A DNA stretch of 64,000 bases from an uncultured virus (IMG/VR IMGVR_UViG_3300033153_002864). Lineage: Duplodnaviria; Heunggongvirae; Uroviricota; Caudoviricetes. Both the position numbers and the translations under genes were made by a program. Where the stretch lies: IMG/VR virus record IMGVR_UViG_3300033153_002864; one strand, given 5' to 3'. Each line of letters starts with the position of its first letter. Within the stretch, counting starts at the first letter, position 1. Positions 49,503-58,763 of the stretch are shown in pieces. Under the pieces are notes generated by a model. That model saw only the letters and a list, made by a program, of their open reading frames with translations, was not told the DNA's origin and did not search any database.

Positions 49503-51073
49503 TGACTGATATAGCTAGATTTTTACCAAACAACGAATACCAGGCTGCTGTAAACGCAAATGCTCCAACGGCTGCTAATCCTTTTGCTACTGTTGCAGAT
49601 TTATCTGGATTAGGTGGCGAAACTTTAGCCCAAACTTTAGCTAACGGAAATATTACTGGAGCAAATGATATTGAAATTTCTAACAGTCAAGTAATTAAGG
49701 CTGAAAATGGAAATTCATCTATAGATCTTAGATTTAGTGGAACTGATGGAAAAATAGGTTTATTAGGTGATTTCTTTGAGGCTACAATGGGAACATTCTT
49801 TGTCGATGACGCAATAGGGAGTGTAGTTGCAAACACTAGTGCGGCAACCCTTTCCTTATTTAAAGGAAACCTTTCTAAATTAGGTCAAATTACAATTGGT
49901 TACAATGATGGTTTAGATGTAAGTTCAGGTTCTTTACCAAGTTATCCAACAATTTTAAGTTCTCAAAGTTCTAAGGTAAAAGATGGTGTAATTAATTCAA
50001 ATATTTTGGGAGGGCTTGGCGTTATTGCTAAAACAGATAACACGCCTTACGGTAATCAATTTGGTTTTAATGCTGGAGAAGCGTTTGAAACAATATTAGA
50101 CTATACAACAGCAACACAAGAGAATACAGCAACACTTCAAGATGCTTCTGGTACAATAGCATATTTAAGTGATCTAAGTGGTGGGGGTGGTATTTACGGG
50201 GGTAATGGATCACTAATCGGTAATACAACCGTAACACAAGTAGATAATTCTTTAACATTCTCTACATCTTTAAATGCTAACGCTTTAAAGATTGCCGGAG
50301 GTACTGGTTTTATTGGCATAGGAACATCTACACCAGGAAACGCACTTCATGTTGCGGCTGGTGATGCTTTTGTTCAAAATGGAGCTTTGGGAGTTGGTGA
50401 AGCTCCAGACCCAACACAAAGATTAAGAGTAACACAAGATGATACATTAGCAAATGCAACATGTATAAGAACAGATAATTCTTATATTACGCAAACTGGT
50501 AATTTTAGTGGTCTCCAAGTAAGAAGTACAACTTCAAAATCAGGAGCTTCGAGTACACTATTTGGAATAAATTCAAATATTACAGGAGGTGCTACAGCAG
50601 GAGTTCATACTTTCTACGGTGTTAGAGGTCGTGCTGTATCAACTACAGGAGGAACTGCAACAGTTACTAATATAGGTGGTGTTTTTGAAGCATCAGGAGG
50701 AGATAATAATCATGCTATACAAATATTAGATGGTAGCCAAGGAGTTGGTAAAGTATTAACATCAGATGCATCAGGTAATGGTACATGGCAAGCTGCTGGA
50801 GGAACAGGCCCTTCATTAAGAAATGTAACCTCAACAGATACTTTTGCTACAGCGAATGAAACTATTAATTGTACTTCGGGTACATTTACGGTGAATCTTC
50901 CAACAGCAGTAGGTATTCAAGGAACTACATATACACTTGTTAACAGTGGTGTAGGAGTAATAACATTAGATGGTAACGGAGCAGAAACTATACAAGGTTC
51001 TGCAACTGTTGATTTAACAACACAAATAAGTATAAGAGTTCAATCAGATGGTACTAATTGGATAATAATCTAA
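49502..51073 (+). CDS. tail fibre protein
   Basis: GIGTSTP, GKVLTSDASGNGTWQ, C-terminal TVNLPTA...SDGTNWII domain. Confidence 0.7.
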   Translation: MTDIARFLPNNEYQAAVNANAPTAANPFATVADLSGLGGETLAQTLANGNITGANDIEISNSQVIKAENGNSSIDLRFSGTDGKIGLLGDFFEATMGTFFVDDAIGSVVANTSAATLSLFKGNLSKLGQITIGYNDGLDVSSGSLPSYPTILSSQSSKVKDGVINSNILGGLGVIAKTDNTPYGNQFGFNAGEAFETILDYTTATQENTATLQDASGTIAYLSDLSGGGGIYGGNGSLIGNTTVTQVDNSLTFSTSLNANALKIAGGTGFIGIGTSTPGNALHVAAGDAFVQNGALGVGEAPDPTQRLRVTQDDTLANATCIRTDNSYITQTGNFSGLQVRSTTSKSGASSTLFGINSNITGGATAGVHTFYGVRGRAVSTTGGTATVTNIGGVFEASGGDNNHAIQILDGSQGVGKVLTSDASGNGTWQAAGGTGPSLRNVTSTDTFATANETINCTSGTFTVNLPTAVGIQGTTYTLVNSGVGVITLDGNGAETIQGSATVDLTTQISIRVQSDGTNWIII

Positions 51074-51091
51074 AAAATAAAAAATAAAGAC

Positions 51092-51964
51092 ATGACTTAT
51101 ATACCACCACAAATAGCAGAAGCAGAAGCATTTAAAACAACAGCTACATTAGCAAATGGAGCGACATTTGATAGTGGAGTTTTAGATGCAGAAGGAAAAT
51201 CACAAGTTCAAACAGAGATTCTTGCATCACACGATGGAACTATTGATATTACATTTTATTCTGATGCAGGAGGAACAGATGCAGTTAGAACTTTATCAAT
51301 CCCTTATTTAGCTGCAGATGGGTATCAATTTTTTGCTGCCCCTGCCTTTGTTAATTTCATAAAATATGAATTTACCAATACTGGAGGAGCTGCGCAGACA
51401 GATTTTTACTATACTACTAAGTTTCTATCTACAGCTTTAAGCCCTCAATTGCTAACAACAGATGCTTTCATTTCTCCAGCAATGGTTGCGACTTTAGATA
51501 GGTCGATAATTACTGGTCAGGATGAAACTGGTGCTTTCGGAAATGTGAGTATTGTTAATACAGCTAATGATGCAGGAAGCTATAAAAACCTTCAAGTTGT
51601 TAGTGGTGCTAGACCTTCGCAGTTACCTGGAAGATCATCAGTCAGTGTCGTAGTTGACAGTACAGCTAGTGTATTAGAGTACACAGTTACAGCTTCAAAA
51701 ACCTTTTATGTAACTGACATTATCTTAACGATAATAAATCGTGATACAAGTGGAGAAGGAAAACTGATTATTCGTGATGGAACAACTGTTGCAGGAGCTA
51801 TAGTTTTACCTCTTGGTATTGTTGAATCTGCTAATAGTACAAGTGGATTGACTGCAATATTAATGACATTTGCAGAACCCGTTTCATTTGATACAGCTTT
51901 GTTTTTCGAGGAAAATGTTGGTCAACTTGAATGGGCTGGAAATATAAGAGGATATGAAGAGTAA
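51092..51964 (+). CDS. virion structural/fibre-associated protein
   Basis: Beta-rich T/A/S composition, fibre cluster. Confidence 0.55.
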   Translation: MTYIPPQIAEAEAFKTTATLANGATFDSGVLDAEGKSQVQTEILASHDGTIDITFYSDAGGTDAVRTLSIPYLAADGYQFFAAPAFVNFIKYEFTNTGGAAQTDFYYTTKFLSTALSPQLLTTDAFISPAMVATLDRSIITGQDETGAFGNVSIVNTANDAGSYKNLQVVSGARPSQLPGRSSVSVVVDSTASVLEYTVTASKTFYVTDIILTIINRDTSGEGKLIIRDGTTVAGAIVLPLGIVESANSTSGLTAILMTFAEPVSFDTALFFEENVGQLEWAGNIRGYEE

Positions 51965-51968
51965 TTTC

Positions 51969-51998
51969 TTGTTTATTTAGTGGCAGTTCGTATATTTG
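51969..51998 (+). promoter_or_regulatory. Bacteroidota sigma-70 promoter
   Basis: TTG-N19-TATATTTG. Confidence 0.65.
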
Positions 51999-52035
51999 GA
52001 AAGAAATATTTTTATAAACCATAAAGAAAGAGAAA

Positions 52036-52338
52036 ATGAAAAAGCTAGAGAACAAGAGTATCGAATTGAAATTTGAAGAAGGAAAAGAAATGGGATTTGC
52101 TGATTTAGCAAAAATCTGTTTAAATCAAGTTCCTGAAGGTGGTATTGCCCCTATAGAGATGTCTAAAAGAATAGCTGCTATAGCTAAAATGGATAGTGCT
52201 AAATTAGGAGAGAAAATTGACTTAGAAGAGTCTGAATTTAAAATGTTAAAAGGATTAGCTGAAACTACTGGATGGAGATTAATACACGCAGATATTGTAG
52301 CTTTTAACGATTATTTAATTGAAATAGATAAAAAATAA
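52036..52338 (+). CDS. putative fibre chaperone-like protein
   Basis: IDLEESEFKMLK motif; follows the fibres. Confidence 0.5.
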   Translation: MKKLENKSIELKFEEGKEMGFADLAKICLNQVPEGGIAPIEMSKRIAAIAKMDSAKLGEKIDLEESEFKMLKGLAETTGWRLIHADIVAFNDYLIEIDKK

Positions 52339-52341
52339 TAT

Positions 52342-52554
52342 ATGGACCTCAAGGAAATTGAAATAATACTATTTGAGTTTAAAGTTATTAGCGGTCTGTT
52401 TTTGGCGGTTACTACATTACTCCTTTACGTTTGGAAAACTGAAAGCAAAAGAAACGAGAAGATGTTTGAAAGGCATGGAAAAATACTTGAAGAAATAAGG
52501 CTTTTAACAGCCGTTCACGAAGTAGAAATTGAAAACTTAAAATCTAAAAAATGA
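52342..52554 (+). CDS. small TM + coiled-coil protein (holin-like)
   Basis: One TM, C-terminal coiled coil. Confidence 0.5.
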   Translation: MDLKEIEIILFEFKVISGLFLAVTTLLLYVWKTESKRNEKMFERHGKILEEIRLLTAVHEVEIENLKSKK

Positions 52555-52811
52555 GTTCTGTAATAATAAAAATGGTTTATTTATTAATGACAACTTTTTT
52601 GATTGTTCTGTCTTTTAAATACAAGAAAATTAAAAATCACGATATTTTTATCCGTTTGTTTTTCTTGGCTTTAGCTTTTTGTTGGGGTTGGTGGGGTGTT
52701 TCAATAATATTCAATAATGCTGAAGGCTACCCTCCTCAATGGTTTTTTTATGTTGCTTCTACTCCTGTTTTTTTAGTGACGGCTATAATGATTTTTAAGA
52801 TAAAAAAGTGA
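52551..52811 (+). CDS. 3-TM membrane protein
   Basis: Three hydrophobic segments; coupled overlaps. Confidence 0.55.
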   Translation: MSSVIIKMVYLLMTTFLIVLSFKYKKIKNHDIFIRLFFLALAFCWGWWGVSIIFNNAEGYPPQWFFYVASTPVFLVTAIMIFKIKK

Positions 52812-53083
52812 ATGTTGATATAAATAAAATATCAAATAATACAAAGAGTATCGTTGTATTAGTAATGCTTATAGGGGAAGGAGCTTGGCTTGTATTTTCT
52901 ATTCATGCCAATGAAAAAGAAATCCAAATTATAGATGCTAGGAATGAAAAAGAAATCCAAATTACAGATGCTAGAAGTGAGAAAAGATATAAGAGGGGAA
53001 TGGTGTATGCTAAAGATCACGAAGCTAGATTAAGAAAACTTGAAGCCTCTATGAATTTCAATAAAGGTAAAAATTCAGAATAA
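52808..53083 (+). CDS. TM + coiled-coil protein with internal 11-aa duplication
   Basis: NEKEIQI(I/T)DAR twice. Confidence 0.55.
   Translation: MNVDINKISNNTKSIVVLVMLIGEGAWLVFSIHANEKEIQIIDARNEKEIQITDARSEKRYKRGMVYAKDHEARLRKLEASMNFNKGKNSE
52910..52975 (+). repeat. 33-bp tandem duplication
   Basis: 52910-52942 and 52943-52975, 2 mismatches. Confidence 0.9.
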
Positions 53084-53157
53084 GATATTTTGAATATCAT
53101 GAAGAAAATAAAAAATGATTATATTTATACTTTAATAATTAACTAAAAACAAAAGCT

Positions 53158-53286
53158 ATGGCTGCTACTAAAAAATCACACAAATTAACAAGTACTAAGA
53201 CAAGAACGCCTTATACTGGTTCTTTACCAAGTACTAACTCAAGTAAGAGAAAAGTAACTACGGATATTCGTCCTCAATCTAAGTAA
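53158..53286 (+). CDS. small basic K/T/S-rich peptide, 42 aa
   Basis: Manual translation MAATKKSHKLTSTKTRTP... Confidence 0.55.
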   Translation: MAATKKSHKLTSTKTRTPYTGSLPSTNSSKRKVTTDIRPQSK

Positions 53287-53287
53287 G

Positions 53288-53491
53288 ATGGCTTACGGAG
53301 ATACGAGTAAAAAGAAAAAAAAGACTGTTAGTAAAGCTGCTAATCGAGCTAAGATTGCTGATAAAGCATCAGCTACGGCTAAAAAAAGCGGTAGCACTCA
53401 AGATAAGGCAATAAAAAAACAAGCTATTGCACGTAAAAGGTCAAGTCCTAAACAAAGAAAGCAGATAGCAACTTATAAAAATACATTTTAA
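53288..53491 (+). CDS. small Lys/Ala-rich basic protein
   Basis: Composition. Confidence 0.6.
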   Translation: MAYGDTSKKKKKTVSKAANRAKIADKASATAKKSGSTQDKAIKKQAIARKRSSPKQRKQIATYKNTF

Positions 53492-53727
53492 TGAGTTTTT
53501 GGTCAGATCAGTTTAGGGAAAAGCCAAAAGGTAAATTTTCCTCAAAGAAACTTTGGGGGTTTATTGTTATGCTACTTGTTTGTGTTTCATACATTTTAGC
53601 TGGATTTTCTTTTTATACTGCTAATGAAGAATTGTTTAATTCAATGTTGATAGCGGGAACTACTTTGCTTGGTCTTAGAATATTAGGGGAAACTTTTAAA
53701 AAAGGAAATAAAGATGCCAGTAAGTAA
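53491..53727 (+). CDS. putative holin (2 TM)
   Basis: GKFSSKKLWG then two TM segments and a basic C-terminus. Confidence 0.6.
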   Translation: MSFWSDQFREKPKGKFSSKKLWGFIVMLLVCVSYILAGFSFYTANEELFNSMLIAGTTLLGLRILGETFKKGNKDASK

Positions 53728-54022
53728 TCGAATAGTTATATGGGCTTTAGTGGGGATTCTTTCGTTAGGATCTATATCTAGTATATTTTCTAATATAAGA
53801 GATACATTCTTTCCACAAGAAAAAACGTATAGCCTCGAAGCAGTTCAATTGATGTTAAAGCACGACAGGTTAAAGCAAGAGATTAAAGACTTGCAAATAG
53901 AAAATGAAATAATAGAAAAGGATAATGAAAGAATTACGCACAATATTAGTTCCGATAGTGCTACTGTTTATAATAGTAGCAGGGCATACAGAGACAGCTT
54001 ACGGGCAGAATTGTTTAGATAA
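53714..54022 (+). CDS. i-spanin-like protein
   Basis: N-terminal TM plus coiled coil, after the holin. Confidence 0.5.
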   Translation: MPVSNRIVIWALVGILSLGSISSIFSNIRDTFFPQEKTYSLEAVQLMLKHDRLKQEIKDLQIENEIIEKDNERITHNISSDSATVYNSSRAYRDSLRAELFR

Positions 54023-54314
54023 CGATTCACTTATCCATTACACTATTGAAATGGATAAAAAATGTCTTACTTGTCTTATAAACTCGCCAAAGAAAGATAG
54101 CCTTATTCAAAATAGTGCTATTCAAATCTATAATTTAAAAGAAGCTTTTAAGAAAATGCAAGTCATTCAAGATGATGATGAGCAAACTAAAGCTAAATTA
54201 AATGAAGAAAATCAAAAAATTAATTTACATTTGACCAAAGCAAGACGTAATGTAAAGATTTTTGGTGTCGGAGGTATTGTTATTGGCGTTGTTGCCGTTT
54301 TATTGTTAAAGTAA
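53925..54314 (+). CDS. spanin-partner-like protein
   Basis: Overlaps the previous gene by 98 bp; signal peptide, coiled coil, C-terminal hydrophobic tail. Confidence 0.5.
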   Translation: MKELRTILVPIVLLFIIVAGHTETAYGQNCLDNDSLIHYTIEMDKKCLTCLINSPKKDSLIQNSAIQIYNLKEAFKKMQVIQDDDEQTKAKLNEENQKINLHLTKARRNVKIFGVGGIVIGVVAVLLLK

Positions 54315-54319
54315 ATGTT

Positions 54320-54556
54320 ATGGGTTATCAGGAAGTAGAAATAGAGGTTATAGGTCACGAAGGTAAAGTTCACACTCAGTATATGAATATTCATAATATC
54401 AATTATTATAGACCTTTTATAGAGAGTTCTGAAAAGATGGGCCATAAGCCAAAGATTATGACAATGGTTTATTTCAAAGGTTCTGTAAAGGCAATGCATG
54501 TAAATTGTTCATGTGAGATTTTCCAACAAAAGATAAAAGAAATACAAGAAAATTAA
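54320..54556 (+). CDS. hypothetical protein
   Basis: Last gene of the rightward block. Confidence 0.6.
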   Translation: MGYQEVEIEVIGHEGKVHTQYMNIHNINYYRPFIESSEKMGHKPKIMTMVYFKGSVKAMHVNCSCEIFQQKIKEIQEN

Positions 54557-54592
54557 GATACAACTTCTACCTTCCCTGGTGTAAGTCAAAAG

Positions 54593-54627
54593 AAAAAGAG
54601 CAACCCTTAATTGGATTGCTCTTTTTT
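54593..54627. terminator. bidirectional terminator at the module convergence
   Basis: AAAAAGAGCAACC...GGATTGCTCTTTTTT. Confidence 0.7.
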
Positions 54628-54798
54628 GATTATACTACATAATTCATAGTTTTCTTTACGCATTTCAAAATGCTCTTTTATGCTTGTAATTAATAGATGT
54701 CGCTTTGGTCTACCTTGGAATTTGGTTTTGTAACCTTGACTATCTATAAAATAAGCACTAAAATTTACTTCATCGTATGATATTATTACTTCAATCAT
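54607..54798 (-). CDS. hypothetical protein
   Basis: ORF track, ATGA coupling. Confidence 0.5.
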   Translation of the reverse strand: MIEVIISYDEVNFSAYFIDSQGYKTKFQGRPKRHLLITSIKEHFEMRKENYELCSIIKKEQSN

Positions 54799-54965
54799 TC
54801 GTTAAATTTAATTAATGGTCTCATGGTATATTTATATCCAGTTGATTTATCCTCTATAGTTACAAACTTAAGAAATACTTCACCACAATACATACACACT
54901 TTGTCTTGACCTACTTGCCTTACGAAGTGATGTGAATTACAACCTATTGGTTTATGTCTTTTCAT
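54795..54965 (-). CDS. small putative zinc-binding protein, 56 aa
   Basis: Manual translation; C..HH ... CMYC. Confidence 0.55.
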   Translation of the reverse strand: MKRHKPIGCNSHHFVRQVGQDKVCMYCGEVFLKFVTIEDKSTGYKYTMRPLIKFNE

Positions 54966-55132
54966 GCTTCTGGGTATAAATGTGAGTGTAATTTATATAC
55001 AACTTTACCGTTGTCTATTTCATAAATCCAACACGAATGCTCTTCATCAATAACCATTTTTTTCATTGGTAATTTATGTATGAGTTTAGCTGGACCTCTT
55101 TCTTCTATTTGTTTTGTTTCGTTCCAGTTCAT
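54962..55132 (-). CDS. hypothetical protein, 56 aa
   Basis: Manual translation MNWNETKQIEERGPAK...; ATGA coupling both sides. Confidence 0.55.
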   Translation of the reverse strand: MNWNETKQIEERGPAKLIHKLPMKKMVIDEEHSCWIYEIDNGKVVYKLHSHLYPEA

Positions 55133-55374
55133 AGTTTTTTGAATTTACGACTTCCTTTTCTGATTTCATCTATTTTATTCTTTACCTCTTCCCTTGTGTA
55201 ATCTCCCTCATCAAATGATAATGTTAGAATAGGGCTTGCTTTATCTCTTTGTTCAATCTTTAAGTTTTTGATATTAGGAAACTCAAACTTAACTAATGAA
55301 TACATCATTCTTTTTACAGTTTGACAGTAATTCATTTCCATAAAGTCTACAATCTCTTTATTTTCTTGATTCAT
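55129..55374 (-). CDS. hypothetical protein
   Basis: ORF track. Confidence 0.55.
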   Translation of the reverse strand: MNQENKEIVDFMEMNYCQTVKRMMYSLVKFEFPNIKNLKIEQRDKASPILTLSFDEGDYTREEVKNKIDEIRKGSRKFKKL

Positions 55375-55585
55375 AAGTTCTAGGTTTAGGGTAACTATTA
55401 CGATACATTTCTTGTATCTCTTTTTCTATTTTAGCCATTAGTATATTATACATATAAAAATAGGCTCTACGTTGCCTATCTACCTCAAATTGAGGCTCTG
55501 GCTTCCAAATAACTGGTAAATATTTTAGTTTCATAATATAGTTTTTAAAAATTTCTTTCTTTCTTCCCATGATTCCATTTCGCAA
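55358..55585 (-). CDS. hypothetical protein (start probably ATG 55534)
   Basis: ORF track. Confidence 0.45.
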   Translation of the reverse strand: MRNGIMGRKKEIFKNYIMKLKYLPVIWKPEPQFEVDRQRRAYFYMYNILMAKIEKEIQEMYRNSYPKPRTYESRK

Positions 55586-55701
55586 GCTTTAAGATAATTC
55601 GGTATAGAAATATACCCTCTATTAACTAAAAAATCAAGTAATTGCTTTGGTGTAAATTTCTTTTCTTCCACCCAAGATGTAGGTAATTCGCTAAATTTCA
55701 T
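55531..55701 (-). CDS. hypothetical protein (MKFSELPTSW...)
   Basis: ORF track, start adjusted to the ATG downstream of a hairpin. Confidence 0.5.
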   Translation of the reverse strand: MKFSELPTSWVEEKKFTPKQLLDFLVNRGYISIPNYLKACEMESWEERKKFLKTIL

Positions 55702-55838
55702 AATTATAAGTTTTAGTTTAAATAACAAAGAGCCCCGAAGGACTCTTTATTGTTTTTAATCTTCAGGACGATTATAAATCCAAATACGCCATAGTAAGCA
55801 TGTAAATAATACCCAAAATATTATAACTAATGTAACTA

Positions 55839-56699
55839 TCATATACTTCCCATTTCAAGGAAACTATCAATCTTATCAGGATGCTCAATAAAATGCTTCT
55901 TATACATCTCTAAGCCTAGCTGATACTTTTTCCTTCCTTCTTCTCTAGAGTCAGGAGAAAGTTCAGCTAAACACACCGTATAAGGATAAGTCTTTTCTTG
56001 AACTAAAAACCAAAATGTATCTACTCCAGCTACATCACAATAAAATGCTCCTTGTCTATCATAATGATAGTTACGAACAGATTTTGCAAAATTAAATAAC
56101 GTTGCCGGATCCCTACTTGTTTTATAATCAAGAATAAAATTACCAGTATTGATTGCATCTACTTTAATTTTACAAGGAACACCAAGTAAAGTCTTTTGGT
56201 AAATTACTTCACGTTTCTTAGCAGAATCAATTAAATCACGTACTTGTGGATAGCTCCTAGCTTTATCAACCATATCTTGAAGTGTTTGCATATCATCTAA
56301 TGAAAGAAGTGCTCTATGCTTATTATCCTCCATTAATGGCTCAATCCACTCTTTGTATTTTTTGGTAGTTCTTGGGCGAGCTCCACCTATTTCTTCACAC
56401 TTCTCAGTATCATCTATTGCATAGTAACGAGAATTAAATGCTTCTGGTTCTAATAACAAACAATGTGCTGCTCTACCGAATATAAACGCATCAGTATCTT
56501 TTTGTCCTCTTTGGTAATAAGCTTTTAAGGTTTGTGGACCACCTCTTAATATTTGTCCTAACTGACTATTTGATACGAATTTCTTATCGGCATAATACCA
56601 ATCATCATCTTTATCAATGATGTTTCCTTCGTTTTTGTCATAGGTTTCTTGCATTTTCATGAAGTCTTCTGCTTCATTACTTGGTACCATTTGATTCAT
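55839..56699 (-). CDS. PD-(D/E)XK exonuclease, RecE/ExoVIII-like (DUF3799)
   Basis: SNSQL, FGRAAHCLLLEP, CKIKVD, DYKTS, YDRQGAFY. Confidence 0.88.
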   Translation of the reverse strand: MNQMVPSNEAEDFMKMQETYDKNEGNIIDKDDDWYYADKKFVSNSQLGQILRGGPQTLKAYYQRGQKDTDAFIFGRAAHCLLLEPEAFNSRYYAIDDTEKCEEIGGARPRTTKKYKEWIEPLMEDNKHRALLSLDDMQTLQDMVDKARSYPQVRDLIDSAKKREVIYQKTLLGVPCKIKVDAINTGNFILDYKTSRDPATLFNFAKSVRNYHYDRQGAFYCDVAGVDTFWFLVQEKTYPYTVCLAELSPDSREEGRKKYQLGLEMYKKHFIEHPDKIDSFLEMGSI

Positions 56700-56702
56700 A
56701 AT

Positions 56703-57059
56703 TTATCGTTTTTTAGGTTTCATGAATTTTTTTGTCTTTTTAGGTTCTATTGCTTTCCATTCGGGTTCACCGTATAGTCTCCAATCATAACCTCTTGTTA
56801 AGGCAAATTTGACAAATTCAATAATATCTATTTTGTAAATATCTTTCTTTAGAGGTATTCTTACCCCATTTCTTTTTACTAATTCAATATCAATAGTTTC
56901 TGAATATCCAAATTTTGAGTATTTATATTTAACCCATAGTCTTTTTATTTCGCTAGGTTTTTCATTAAATAATATAATACCTTTTAGCCCATTATCGTCT
57001 TTCCAGTAGCTTCTATTGCTATATCGAATTAATAAATTCGCGTAAAGTTCTTGGTCCAA
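56703..57059 (-). CDS. hypothetical protein
   Basis: ORF track. Confidence 0.55.
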   Translation of the reverse strand: MDQELYANLLIRYSNRSYWKDDNGLKGIILFNEKPSEIKRLWVKYKYSKFGYSETIDIELVKRNGVRIPLKKDIYKIDIIEFVKFALTRGYDWRLYGEPEWKAIEPKKTKKFMKPKKR

Positions 57060-57603
57060 TTGGTTTTGTTTTAGTTCCGTAATTAATTTTACGTGGTTTA
57101 AAAGTTTTGTCGGTCATTAAATACCGATCTGGAGTAAATGTTTTATTGAAAATTGAAGGTAGTTTGATTAGGTTGATGAAGACTTTGTGTTTTTCGTAAA
57201 CAAATTTGATGTTGTTTCTTGCTAGTCTTGTCATATTACCCATATCAAAAGTACCTTTAGTTTCTACTATAGATACTAGTTCTGGTAATTGACAGATAAA
57301 TGGAGTTGCAATCTTTCCTTTTGCTCCATTTAATTTAGATACGAATATTCCAATAGCTTTTTCTTCCCAATAGATAATGAAATCAGGAGTGTAAGAACTA
57401 CCGTTTAGTATTGTCTGTTCTAATACCTTGTCCTCAACTCTTTTCATCGGCTTGATGTAAGTATTGATTATTGGACTAGTCATCTCATACGAAGCTTCAT
57501 TTCGTTCCCAATGATTTACATATCCTTTATCTTTTAATTGGTCTAAATACCAGGAGAAATATAATTCCTCATTTGAATCGAAGTTATTTTTCATATTTCT
57601 CAA
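57019..57603 (-). CDS. PD-(D/E)XK endonuclease (T7 endonuclease I / resolvase-like)
   Basis: FDSNEE, YTPDF, VETKG. Confidence 0.75.
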   Translation of the reverse strand: MRNMKNNFDSNEELYFSWYLDQLKDKGYVNHWERNEASYEMTSPIINTYIKPMKRVEDKVLEQTILNGSSYTPDFIIYWEEKAIGIFVSKLNGAKGKIATPFICQLPELVSIVETKGTFDMGNMTRLARNNIKFVYEKHKVFINLIKLPSIFNKTFTPDRYLMTDKTFKPRKINYGTKTKPIGPRTLREFINSI

Positions 57604-57805
57604 CGTGTTTTTTAAGTGAATTGTGATATTGTTGACAGCTTGTACAGTCTGGATTACTACATAAATTTAAGTCTAGTGTTGATCTTTGTACGATGCCTTT
57701 TGTTAAACATCCTTGCATCACTATAAACTCTCTATCAGTGTCTGGCTTTAGCTCTGCCATAAACTTTTGAAGTTTCTCTATATCTAAGCCTTTGTATTCG
57801 CTCAT
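57584..57805 (-). CDS. small Cys-containing protein
   Basis: ORF track; start adjusted to MSEYK. Confidence 0.5.
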   Translation of the reverse strand: MSEYKGLDIEKLQKFMAELKPDTDREFIVMQGCLTKGIVQRSTLDLNLCSNPDCTSCQQYHNSLKKHVEKYEK

Positions 57806-57963
57806 CCTTCTACCTCCACCCAATTTTTAATATCATACTTTCCGTACTTCTTTTCCAATACAGTATTTATTTTAGCTTTAGCCCAATCTGCAGGAACTTT
57901 AAGGATAACTTGTTTCCAGTTATCCCAATTCATTGTTACTTTAATCGTTTTTAAATCACTCAT
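57802..57963 (-). CDS. hypothetical protein, 53 aa
   Basis: Manual translation MSDLKTIKVTMNWDNWK... Confidence 0.55.
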   Translation of the reverse strand: MSDLKTIKVTMNWDNWKQVILKVPADWAKAKINTVLEKKYGKYDIKNWVEVEG

Positions 57964-58016
57964 AATATAATTTTAAATTAAACAGAGAGCCACAAAGGAC
58001 TCTCCATTAAAATTAA

Positions 58017-58763
58017 TTACTGTTCTATTACTACTGCGAAGTCTTTGATCAACTCGATTTCCTCGTCAATTCTCTTATCAACAGCTTCTTCAATCATATC
58101 GGCAGCATCAACGCTTTCCAAATAACATCTAAGACCATTGTAATCAGAACCTTCAATTAAAACATTAACCTCGAATTTTGATTTCTCTTCACCTTCAAGT
58201 AATGGGAGAACTAAAGTAAATTTTTCTGGAACATTACTTTCTAAAGTTTGCTCAAAAGAACCTTTTACATTACCCCTATTGTCATCCTCAGCTTCAATGC
58301 TTTGCTTTAACTTAGCTTTGATTTGTCTAAGAGCGTTAACAATAGATGCATGTTCGGCTTTACTTTCAAATATGCTCCTCATAAATTTCAACTTCTTAGA
58401 TAACTCCATTGGAGTATATACCTTCTCTGAATTATTAATTCCAAGAGCTGTAAATTTAGAGCCTACTTTGATTGTACCAATGATTTCATAATTCCCATGA
58501 ACATATTGCTCATTAAGAATTAAATTAATCCTCTTATTTTCCCTATTAACAACGCAATAAGATTTATTCTTTTCAAAATCTTCATTACGATCTTTAATAA
58601 ATTTACTAGGAGAAGAAATTATTCCAGAAATACTAACATTGTCTGGATGATGCAAAGTCATTGCTGAACCTTTACGTATAACCACTTCCTTTACTCCTTC
58701 TAATACTAATTCTTCAACATGAACTACTTCCTTATCTTTATCTTTGTTTTCTTGATTATCCAT
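58017..58763 (-). CDS. conserved Bacteroidota phage protein
   Basis: ORF track; resembles a gene pair common in Bacteroidota (pro)phages. Confidence 0.65.
   Translation of the reverse strand: MDNQENKDKDKEVVHVEELVLEGVKEVVIRKGSAMTLHHPDNVSISGIISSPSKFIKDRNEDFEKNKSYCVVNRENKRINLILNEQYVHGNYEIIGTIKVGSKFTALGINNSEKVYTPMELSKKLKFMRSIFESKAEHASIVNALRQIKAKLKQSIEAEDDNRGNVKGSFEQTLESNVPEKFTLVLPLLEGEEKSKFEVNVLIEGSDYNGLRCYLESVDAADMIEEAVDKRIDEEIELIKDFAVVIEQ

Noticed and set aside
43891..51964. Diversity-generating retroelement targeting fibres
   Set aside because: No reverse transcriptase and no adenine-variable TR/VR pair noticed; repeats are collagen codons.
54962..55132. Apparent frameshift at the T-run near 55060
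   Set aside because: Counting 7 T gives an intact 56-aa ORF.
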